The notes below the pieces were generated by a model. The model was given only the letters and a program-made list of their open reading frames with translations, did no database searches and had not been told where the DNA came from. Made by a program: the position numbers and the translations under genes. A stretch of DNA of 64,000 nucleotides, taken from NCBI GenBank assembly GCA_018819285.1, contig JAHJQM010000042.1:45778-109777 (forward strand), given 5' to 3'. The stretch's first letter is position 1; each line of letters begins with the position of its first letter. Positions 57,092-64,000 of the stretch are shown here, piece by piece. Source of the stretch: Candidatus Omnitrophota bacterium. Lineage in GTDB: Bacteria > Omnitrophota > Gorgyraeia > Gorgyraeales > Gorgyraeaceae.

Positions 57092-58129
57092 CTACTGCCT
57101 CCCTGTATTTTCCGCCTCTTTAATAAAATTAAGGCTATGTTTTAATCCGGAAGAATATAATATTTTCCCGGATTCGGTTATAATAATCGCCTCCATATCT
57201 GGGATTTCTTCTAATCTTCTCAACCCTTTTTCTGGGCCCATGATAAAAGGAATCTTTGTCCAAGCCTGCGCGAGAACAGGATCAGGATAAATAAGTATAA
57301 CGCTTTGAACCCCCTGGGTAGGATACCCTGTCTTTGGATTAAATATATGATGATACCTTTTGCCGTCTTTAATAAAAAATCTTTCATAATCCCCTGAGCC
57401 CATCACTGCCAGGTCTTCCACCTCTACATATCCCAGAGTTCCTTCGCCGCGCGGATCTTTAATGCCTACCTTCCATAACTTTGAGCCTTTTTTTCCAAGC
57501 GCGTATATGTCTCCTCCTGCGTCTATTAAGGCTGACGCTACTCCATTGGATTTTAGAACCCTTATTGCTTCGCTGATTGCATAGCCTTTCGCAACCCCTC
57601 CCAGATCAATCTTCACGCCTTCCCGAGTCCCGGTCAATCTGCCTGCATCAAGAGAAAGATATTTATACCCGACGCTGACCAGACAATCTTTTATCTCCTG
57701 CGACGCAGGAAGATAGTATTCCTTACTATAAAATCCCCACAGTTCAGCCAGCGGCGCTATGGTAATATCAAATGCGCCATGAGATTCTTCGCTTATCTTC
57801 AGCGCTTTCCGGATAAGGTTAATTATCTCCTTATCGGAAACAGACTCAAGCGTATGATTAAACGCATAAACAGGGCTTTTTGGATTAAGCGAGTTAAACT
57901 TTATGTCTATTTCCTGCATCCTGTTTAAAGCCAGCTCTATTGCTTTTAAAATAACTGCCTTTGGCCCAACCGCGTAAATAGTCACGTAAGTGTCCATCAT
58001 AAAACGGGTCTCTTTTTCTACATGAAATCTGCTGGCATTGTACGATCTTATTGCCCAGAGCCCTGCGAATATCGCTATTATTACAATAAATATTGGTTTT
58101 AATTTTTTCACTTTAAACTTTATCTCCAC
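57092..58129 (-). CDS. apbE: FAD:protein FMN transferase ApbE/Ftp
   Basis: The 345-aa ORF has a signal/anchor sequence and ApbE motifs (DLGGVAKGYA; DAGGDIYALG; MGSGDYERFF). Confidence 0.85.
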   Translation of the reverse strand: MEIKFKVKKLKPIFIVIIAIFAGLWAIRSYNASRFHVEKETRFMMDTYVTIYAVGPKAVILKAIELALNRMQEIDIKFNSLNPKSPVYAFNHTLESVSDKEIINLIRKALKISEESHGAFDITIAPLAELWGFYSKEYYLPASQEIKDCLVSVGYKYLSLDAGRLTGTREGVKIDLGGVAKGYAISEAIRVLKSNGVASALIDAGGDIYALGKKGSKLWKVGIKDPRGEGTLGYVEVEDLAVMGSGDYERFFIKDGKRYHHIFNPKTGYPTQGVQSVILIYPDPVLAQAWTKIPFIMGPEKGLRRLEEIPDMEAIIITESGKILYSSGLKHSLNFIKEAENTGRQ

Positions 58130-58187
58130 TAATTCCTAAGATCGCAATAGGGCAGGCTTAATCCTGCCCTATTGCTAACACAAACCT

Positions 58188-59474
58188 TTAGAACGTCGTT
58201 CTCCAGCCTATTGTATACCTGTTAGCTCTTATACTAGCTGAACTATTTGACCTTTCGCCGTTAATCAAGGAATAATCTCCTATGATTGTAGAGCTCGGAG
58301 TTATATTGTAATTTATGCCCACTGTTGTGGTATCATAGTTGTCGCTTAACATGGTGCTTGATCCTGTTTTGTAATTCTCCGCGTGGCTGTATTTAACCAA
58401 ACCAACCCATTCAGGAGTAAAATTATACAGGGCTCTGGCATAATACCCTTCTTTTTTTCCATCAGCTTTTGTAGAACCTGTAACAACCAGGTCATCCCAT
58501 TTCCTGTAGATGTATTCGCTGGTTATATTGAGTTTTTCATGCTTCCAGTCAAATCCAACAACAGACTGAAAACTGCTGTCAGGATTACCCCAGTTTCCAA
58601 ACGCAACAGATCCCAGAAGCCTTAACTGCGTATGGAACAATTCAGGTGCTATGTGCAATAGTAGCGTTTTAGAACTATCGTTATCTGCATATTTACTTGA
58701 AGCGTTACCATTCAATAAGCTGACATATACAGGCAGCGATACCTTTTCAAAATCAAAGTTTTTGTAGAGCTCTATTCCTGAGTCATGCCAGGACTCTAAA
58801 TAAGCGAGCCCCTGATTCTGGTGGTATTGCTCATGCCACCATGTTTCCTTAGAATATTCCTCAGAAAACATTGGATTAAATACACCCGTCTTTAGTTCTA
58901 CGCCTTTGGGTAGAAGCGCTGTTATGGTCGCAGTATGGATTGAAGTACTGCTCGTAGCGCTGCTGTTCCTCGCAATATCAGACCCTATAGACGGGGTTGC
59001 GCTAGCAGACACTGAGTTATCTATCGCCACGTCAAGCTTCAAGATATCAGATAACTCCTTATTTAAATAGAGATACAGATGATGAATGCCCGCTGAAATA
59101 TTATTATGCTGCGCATCTTTACCTTCACCATTAGCGCCTCTGACTACTCCCTCTGAGGCATCAAACATGTATAACTTCAGGTGTCCGCCTACGCTCGCTC
59201 CTTCCATTAATCCGGCAGGGCCTTCTTTTATCGCATCTACTGCCCTTGCGAGCTCCGGAACTTTCTTAATCTCAGCAGCCTGAGCCTGCTGCTTTGTTTC
59301 AACAGCCTGAACCTTAGAATTCAACTGCTCTATGGTTTTCTGTTGATTGTTTATTGTTTCCTGTAAAGCCCTTACCTGCTCCTTTAGGTCTGAGAGATCA
59401 TCTGCCCAAACCGCTCCTGTGCTAAAAACTAAAAACCCGCACAAGACTAACAACAAAATACTGAATTTCAACAT
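58188..59474 (-). CDS. Putative outer-membrane beta-barrel porin with an N-terminal coiled coil. It is a paralog of the ORF at 25802..27121.
   Basis: The ORF track gives 58188..59636. The likely start is MLKFSILLLVLCGFLVFSTGAVWA at 59474, preceded by an AAGGAGGTG RBS. A heptad coiled coil follows (LSDLKEQVRALQETINNQQKTIEQLNSKVQAVE...). The barrel is beta-rich and ends ...GWRTTF. Confidence 0.55.
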   Translation of the reverse strand: MLKFSILLLVLCGFLVFSTGAVWADDLSDLKEQVRALQETINNQQKTIEQLNSKVQAVETKQQAQAAEIKKVPELARAVDAIKEGPAGLMEGASVGGHLKLYMFDASEGVVRGANGEGKDAQHNNISAGIHHLYLYLNKELSDILKLDVAIDNSVSASATPSIGSDIARNSSATSSTSIHTATITALLPKGVELKTGVFNPMFSEEYSKETWWHEQYHQNQGLAYLESWHDSGIELYKNFDFEKVSLPVYVSLLNGNASSKYADNDSSKTLLLHIAPELFHTQLRLLGSVAFGNWGNPDSSFQSVVGFDWKHEKLNITSEYIYRKWDDLVVTGSTKADGKKEGYYARALYNFTPEWVGLVKYSHAENYKTGSSTMLSDNYDTTTVGINYNITPSSTIIGDYSLINGERSNSSASIRANRYTIGWRTTF

Positions 59475-59491
59475 CACCACCTCCTTTGTTT

Positions 59492-60682
59492 TTACTGATA
59501 CTCTGTTTCTAAATAAAGATTTACTATTATATCGCTCATAAACGTAATCAGATTGCGCGGATCTTTTGCTTTTTTGAAATCCAACTTCCGGATGCCGGCC
59601 CTGGCTATTTCCCAGAACATGGGTATGGCTGTCCAAGATAAAGAAAGTATAGCCGCTACCCTTTTTCCTGAAATCCCTAAAGGCTTTAAAGGTGCCAGTA
59701 TCCTGGATAATCCCTTACCAAGATCTTCTGGAGAAGTGGTCCTGGCGAGCAGAGAACTGGCCCATATGAGGCAAATTAATCGCAACGCAAAGATAATTCC
59801 TGCATTCAGCCCCTCGCTTGTAATATTGAAATATGCGAAGTGAGATATAACATGTTTCCCGGAATTAAAAAATACCGGGAAGAGAAACGATACAAATATC
59901 AAAGTAGAGCACTTTCTTGTGCTTGAAAAAAGATACCGGAATGATGTCGTTGACATAGCAGCTACTGCTGTAAAAAATACAAAAAGCCCTGCATAAAACC
60001 ATAGGCTGCTGAAAAATAGCACTGCGAGCGAAAGTATAACGACGCCTGCTATCTTAATCTCAGGCAATATCCGATGTACAATAGAATCCCCTGCCAGATA
60101 ATGACTAAGTTTTAATCCCTGATATTCCTTTTTAGCCTTCGACACCGATTTGCAACCTTCTGCCTCTTTCAGTTTCAGGCAAATCTTACTGGAGACTGCG
60201 CCTGTAAACCAGCCTATAAAAACCGCTCCTATGGATAGCCATGGTAAAAATATAAATATCCCTGCGTGCTTTACCATTATCAGATATGCAAGGCCCAGCT
60301 GGGTAATATTATGCACAAGCGCGCCTGCAACGCTAATTCCCACTATGCTGAATAAACGCTGTTTTGTGGTATGCGCTAGCCAGTATAAAAATCCCATGGT
60401 AAGCGTGCTCATAACGCCTGCTGCGAAGCTAAGTATAAATCCAGGCGACATAAAAGTGCCCATTATAAAAGAGCTCAACACAGTACGAAGTACTGTTATT
60501 TCAAGGCTATAGCCAAAGCCTAGATTCATCAGCGCCACCAGCGTGATTATATTTGCCAGGCCAAGCCTTAATCCTGGAATAGGGTGAGGTATAAGGGATT
60601 CAGCGATCTGCAGGACGCAGGCAAGAGATACTAAAAGCGCTACTTTATACATATTATTGTCTGTTATTTGATTTTCTTTCAT
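59492..60682 (-). CDS. Fusion membrane protein: N-terminal Gx-transporter / 'heptaprenyl diphosphate synthase component I'-like (PF07456) domain plus C-terminal ECF-transporter T-component (EcfT/CbiQ)-like domain
   Basis: The N-terminal half reads IPHPIPGLRLGLANIITLVALMNLGF (a PF07456-like signature). The C-terminal half has EcfT-like coupling-helix motifs (ARTTSPEDLGKGLSRILAPL...; EIARAGIRKLDF). Confidence 0.55.
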   Translation of the reverse strand: MKENQITDNNMYKVALLVSLACVLQIAESLIPHPIPGLRLGLANIITLVALMNLGFGYSLEITVLRTVLSSFIMGTFMSPGFILSFAAGVMSTLTMGFLYWLAHTTKQRLFSIVGISVAGALVHNITQLGLAYLIMVKHAGIFIFLPWLSIGAVFIGWFTGAVSSKICLKLKEAEGCKSVSKAKKEYQGLKLSHYLAGDSIVHRILPEIKIAGVVILSLAVLFFSSLWFYAGLFVFFTAVAAMSTTSFRYLFSSTRKCSTLIFVSFLFPVFFNSGKHVISHFAYFNITSEGLNAGIIFALRLICLIWASSLLARTTSPEDLGKGLSRILAPLKPLGISGKRVAAILSLSWTAIPMFWEIARAGIRKLDFKKAKDPRNLITFMSDIIVNLYLETEYQ

Positions 60683-60683
60683 A

Positions 60684-61097
60684 TTAGTAAGCTACTGCGT
60701 CTATAATCGCTGGGCCTTTTGATTTGATCTCAACCAATACCTGGTTAGGCACGCATACTATAGTTTCGTCGTTATACTTTATCCATCCCATATTTTTACA
60801 TATATGATGGGGACAATCAGTATTTAGAACTCTGATCTTCCCGTCTTTAACCTCAAGCTGCATCTTTCCGTCAAGAATAGCGATTATTTTATCCTTGCCC
60901 AACCCACTCTCTTCCAGAAGTTTATCTTTCTGATATATACAAACCGCGCTCGGCCCGGAAGAAGGCTGAAAACGTTTATGAATAACCCAGAAAGAAACTA
61001 TGGAAACAAGTAAAGTCAATCCTATAAAAACCAAGTCAAACCGCGTTGTCTGATAAAAATCCCTGCCTGTTTCTTTCCTTTGAAAATTTTTCATCAA
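60684..61097 (-). CDS. NusG domain II-containing membrane-anchored protein (PF07009-like)
   Basis: The 137-aa ORF has an N-terminal TM and the characteristic Cys pattern KIRVLNTDCPHHICKNMGWIKYNDETIVCVPNQVLVEI. Confidence 0.6.
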   Translation of the reverse strand: MMKNFQRKETGRDFYQTTRFDLVFIGLTLLVSIVSFWVIHKRFQPSSGPSAVCIYQKDKLLEESGLGKDKIIAILDGKMQLEVKDGKIRVLNTDCPHHICKNMGWIKYNDETIVCVPNQVLVEIKSKGPAIIDAVAY

Positions 61098-61099
61098 AA

Positions 61100-62092
61100 T
61101 CAGGAATAAAAACTTTTTTTCAAAACAAAATCCGCAAGATCAAAAAGGCTGTCTCTATAATCAGAATTAGGAAGAGTGCTTAATCCTTCTTTTCCTGAAT
61201 CAAGATAGAACGAGGCCATTCTCTTTGTCTCGGCTATCGCATCTGAATTAAGAAGCCTTGCTTTTATATTCTTTAAACAATCTTTATCTCTGACCTTAAG
61301 CAGCCTCTTCAAATTCCCTCTTTCATCCTCATTTACAGATTCAAGTAAATTTAATAATGGCAGTGTTATCTCTCCGACGCTTATGTCCTGTCCGGGGGTC
61401 TTACCTAGATCCTGCCTCTCTCCTATAAGATCCATATAATCATCCGCTATCTGGAACGCTATGCCGAAGTTTAAGCCATATTTTTTTAACGAGAGTTGTA
61501 TAGGTCTCCTGCAGTTTGACAGCATTGCGCCTGCCTGGCATGACGCTGCAAATAAACTGGCTGTCTTTTTTTTCAATATCAGGAAATACCTTTTCTTTAA
61601 AAGCGAAATATTATCCCTTTCGCACACCTGCATAAGCTCCCCCTTACACATCTCTTTGGCGGCTGTACTTATGCAATCCAGGACATCAATATTGCCACAC
61701 GTAGCTATCAGGTTGAAGGCTATGGAATACAGATAATCGCCTAAAGCAATGGAAACATCCTGGCCAAATCTGGAATTAACTGTAGGTTTATCATGCCGGA
61801 AACACGCATGATCAATAACATCATCATGAATCAGGGAGGCTGTATGTATCAACTCTATGCTGGAAGCGACTTTAATCAATCTGTCGCCTGCAAGAGGAAA
61901 TTCTCCTCCTGCGCCTGCCTTTGCTGATAGGATAACCAGCGCAGGCCTCAGTCTTTTACCAGGGGTTTCTAGCAATAGTCTGCTTATCCTAGACATTGGC
62001 CTCGTGTTAACCCTGCCCAAAGACTCCCTATAAAGGTCTTCGACCCTGCCAAGCTCTTTTTTTATAGGTTTATATATATCTTTCAGGTCCAT
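61100..62092 (-). CDS. Polyprenyl diphosphate synthase (IspB / heptaprenyl-octaprenyl synthase-like; DmkB-like)
   Basis: Two Asp-rich motifs are present: LIHDDVIDHACFRHDK (DDxxD) and FQIADDYMDL. Confidence 0.85.
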   Translation of the reverse strand: MDLKDIYKPIKKELGRVEDLYRESLGRVNTRPMSRISRLLLETPGKRLRPALVILSAKAGAGGEFPLAGDRLIKVASSIELIHTASLIHDDVIDHACFRHDKPTVNSRFGQDVSIALGDYLYSIAFNLIATCGNIDVLDCISTAAKEMCKGELMQVCERDNISLLKKRYFLILKKKTASLFAASCQAGAMLSNCRRPIQLSLKKYGLNFGIAFQIADDYMDLIGERQDLGKTPGQDISVGEITLPLLNLLESVNEDERGNLKRLLKVRDKDCLKNIKARLLNSDAIAETKRMASFYLDSGKEGLSTLPNSDYRDSLFDLADFVLKKSFYS

Positions 62093-62093
62093 C

Positions 62094-63020
62094 TTATCTC
62101 CAAATCCTATTCAGCAGAAAACCTCCGCTTAATAATATCCCTGTAAGCATATGCAAAGCAATGGTCAAAGAATTTGCCGGAAGCAATTCGCGGACGCCGC
62201 CATAATTCCTGCCGGATACATTGATTATTTTAAAAGCCATGGGAAGCGTCAATAACACAGCCAATGTATATAAAGGTATAATTCTGAATACCGCAAATAT
62301 CAAGATAGACGCATATGTCAGGCCTATTAGAAGATGATACAGCCTGACTGCTTTTTCCTTGCCCAGCAAGACTACCAATGTCCTCTTGCCTGTTTTCTCG
62401 TCAGCCTCATAATCAGGAAATTCATTTATATAAAGGATTAGCCCTACCAGGATACCGACGGGTATAGAAGCGCAAAACGCCGGCCAGGAAAACCTCATCG
62501 CCTGAACATAATACGCGCCAAGCACCACGAGAGGCCCAAAACAAAATCCCACAATAAGTTCCCCTGACCCGAGATAACCTATCTTCAAAGGTTCAGCTGT
62601 ATAAAAAATTCCTAAAAATACGCCTATAATCCCCATGAAAAGCACAATATTTGTCTTGAGGGCGTAATTTATCCATAGCCCTATAATAGAGCCTATAATA
62701 AAACACGCCAGGCTAAACAAAAATATTCCTTTAGGCTTCACTAACCTGTCCTGGATAACTCGGCTTCCGCCGTTAAAAGGCGTATGGTTTTTATTCAACG
62801 GGTCGTTTCCTGTCCTGTGGTCAAAATAATCATTCATCAGATTGGTTCCGGTATGAAGAAAACTGATGCCTGTCACAACCAGAATAAAATTTACAATGTT
62901 GAATCTTCCTGTTTCCGACCACGCTATTATAGTACCGAGTATTACAGGTACGAGCGTGGCTGTTAAAAACGGCGCACGAGTTGCTTTTATCCAGATTGCA
63001 AGACGCTTAAAATTTATCAT
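62094..63020 (-). CDS. menA: 1,4-dihydroxy-2-naphthoate polyprenyltransferase (MenA/UbiA family; DmkA-like)
   Basis: The 308-aa polytopic ORF has the UbiA-family motifs NDYFDHRTGND and a second Asp-rich region (YINEFPDYEADEKTGK). Confidence 0.8.
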   Translation of the reverse strand: MINFKRLAIWIKATRAPFLTATLVPVILGTIIAWSETGRFNIVNFILVVTGISFLHTGTNLMNDYFDHRTGNDPLNKNHTPFNGGSRVIQDRLVKPKGIFLFSLACFIIGSIIGLWINYALKTNIVLFMGIIGVFLGIFYTAEPLKIGYLGSGELIVGFCFGPLVVLGAYYVQAMRFSWPAFCASIPVGILVGLILYINEFPDYEADEKTGKRTLVVLLGKEKAVRLYHLLIGLTYASILIFAVFRIIPLYTLAVLLTLPMAFKIINVSGRNYGGVRELLPANSLTIALHMLTGILLSGGFLLNRIWR

Positions 63021-64000
63021 AGTATATGTATATATCCTCTATGCCCTTCTTGGTAAGCACAGCTATGGAAGCGTCTATCATGGGCGGCGGGCCACAAAGA
63101 TACGCCTCTGTATGCCCGTTTCCAACCACTGTTCTTTCCACAACCTGGGTAATCAGGCCTGTCTCGCCTCTCCAGCTATCCTGAGGCTTTGGCTCTGAAA
63201 GCGCAGGGATATATTTAAAATTCGGGAATTCTTTTGAAAGTATAAAAAGCTCTTCTGTAAAGAAAAGGTCTTTTTTGCTGCGGGCGCCGAAGAAATACGT
63301 GACCTTTCTCGGCATATTTTTTTCTTTAAGATGAAGTAATATGGAGCGTATCGGAGCCATACCGCAGCCGCCGCCAATGCATACTATATCCCTGTCAGAA
63401 TCCTCCCTCAGGTAAAAATCCCCAAAAGGCCCTGTAAGCGTAATCTTGTCGTTTATATCAAGCGCTTCATGTATATACGAAGAGCACATGCCATTCGGCA
63501 CTAAACGCACAATCAGCTCCACTATATTATTCTGCGAAGGCCTGGATGCGATAGAATACGCCCGGAACTCATCTGTTTCAGGTATCTTAAACTGCACATA
63601 CTGGCCTGGTTTGAAGCTTATAGCGGAAGGTTCTTCTAATTTTAAAAAAATATGTTTTATATCCACGGTAAGGTCTAATATCTTGACCACTACCGCCTTA
63701 TACTCCTGAGCAGATAAAAGTTCCGAGGAAATTAAGACCTCGATATCATTCTTTACCTTAACCTGGCACGCAAGCCTGACTCCTCTGAGCCTATCCTTGC
63801 GGGAGATAAACACCTCTTCGGTCGGCAATATGCTGCCGCCTCCGCTCAAAATCTCTACTTTGCAATACCCGCAAGTTGCCTTGCCTCCGCAGGCTGAAGG
63901 CACAAATATCTTGTTCTGCGCAAAATAGCTCAGAAGATTATCGCCTCCGTTTACAGCCAGAATCTTTTCCTTGTTAATGGTAATCTTGCACTCCCCATAG
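63007..64000 (-). CDS. NqrF-like oxidoreductase (2Fe-2S ferredoxin domain, FAD-binding domain, NAD(P)H-binding domain). Partial: the N-terminus lies beyond the window end.
   Basis: The minus-strand frame stays open to position 64000 (...YGECKITINKEKILAVNGGDNLLSYFAQNKIFVPSACGGKATCGYCKVEILSGGG...). The 2Fe-2S Cys motif is CGGKATCGYC. The FAD-binding motif is RAYSIAS. The NAD-binding glycine-rich region is CIGGGCGMAPIRSIL. Confidence 0.7.
   Translation of the reverse strand, partial: YGECKITINKEKILAVNGGDNLLSYFAQNKIFVPSACGGKATCGYCKVEILSGGGSILPTEEVFISRKDRLRGVRLACQVKVKNDIEVLISSELLSAQEYKAVVVKILDLTVDIKHIFLKLEEPSAISFKPGQYVQFKIPETDEFRAYSIASRPSQNNIVELIVRLVPNGMCSSYIHEALDINDKITLTGPFGDFYLREDSDRDIVCIGGGCGMAPIRSILLHLKEKNMPRKVTYFFGARSKKDLFFTEELFILSKEFPNFKYIPALSEPKPQDSWRGETGLITQVVERTVVGNGHTEAYLCGPPPMIDASIAVLTKKGIEDIYIYYDKF

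Noticed and set aside
58188-59636. Long N-terminal extensions of the two porin ORFs (starts at 59636 and 27148) and of cobA (start at 50949)
   Set aside because: In each case an internal Met begins a signal peptide or conserved N-terminus and is preceded by a strong AGGAGG-type RBS. The extended starts would overlap upstream genes by up to 145 bp and lack an RBS.
1-64000. CRISPR arrays, prophage or insertion sequences
   Set aside because: I saw no regularly spaced direct repeats and no transposase, integrase or phage structural genes anywhere in the window. The only repeat families are the two-copy ~100-bp module and the csoR partial duplication.

Overview
This is a 64 kb window of AT-rich bacterial DNA. 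I identified about 50 coding regions, and almost all of them run on the minus strand; only the FIST / histidine kinase / GGDEF operon at 5.3-8.9 kb is on the plus strand. The organism looks diderm, because the window carries TolC-family outer-membrane proteins, beta-barrel porins and RND/CusCBA-type efflux. All calls below rest on reading the six-frame translations for family motifs; no searches were run.

Content from start to end:
- 1-2.9 kb: a partial periplasmic adaptor and a TolC-like outer-membrane protein of an efflux system.
- 3.0-5.1 kb: a ROK-family regulator, a small membrane protein and tRNA-Glu(CUC) on the minus strand.
- 5.3-8.9 kb: a FIST-domain sensor, a GAF histidine kinase and a REC-GGDEF response regulator on the plus strand, followed by tRNA-Leu(GAG) on the minus strand.
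- 9.1-12.4 kb: an AMP-dependent acyl-CoA ligase and the carbon-starvation transporter CstA.
- 12.5-12.9 kb: an intergenic island of about 320 bp that is conspicuously GC-rich and densely self-complementary, bounded by perfect 17-bp inverted repeats and containing nested helices.
- 13.0-17.3 kb: a cold-shock protein and a giant 1292-aa protein of unusual architecture (signal peptide, nucleotidyltransferase motif, TM region, large unknown region, C-terminal LuxR-type HTH).
- 17.5-29.7 kb: a copper / heavy-metal homeostasis island. It holds csoR plus a YHS protein, a degenerate csoR copy, cusCBA plus a second YHS protein plus an SPFH protein, a coiled-coil porin, and a CopA-type P1B-ATPase.
- 29.7-32.1 kb: a mini TamB-like protein, a small membrane protein and a TrkA-C (RCK_C) membrane protein.
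- 32.2-46.7 kb: a complete alpha-glucan / trehalose block (treZ, treY, treX/glgX, glgB, treS-pep2 fusion, glgE).
- 47.3-53.9 kb: a heme / siroheme / sulfate-assimilation block. It contains a small siroheme-type sulfite reductase, hemL, hemB, cobA, a truncated hemC, hemA, sirC, an APS reductase and a DUF2061 protein.
- 54.3-56.0 kb: a two-component pair (histidine kinase and receiver-only response regulator).
- 56.0-64.0 kb: the most interesting locus. It groups an ApbE flavin transferase and a secreted FMN-binding protein. It also holds a Gx-transporter/EcfT fusion, a NusG_II protein and a coiled-coil outer-membrane beta-barrel. Alongside these sit a polyprenyl synthase, a MenA-like prenyltransferase and an NqrF-like 2Fe-2S/FAD oxidoreductase. 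The set resembles the flavin-based extracellular electron transfer (EET) locus of Gram-positive bacteria, but here it sits in a diderm context with its own outer-membrane component.

I saw no CRISPR array, transposase or integrase.
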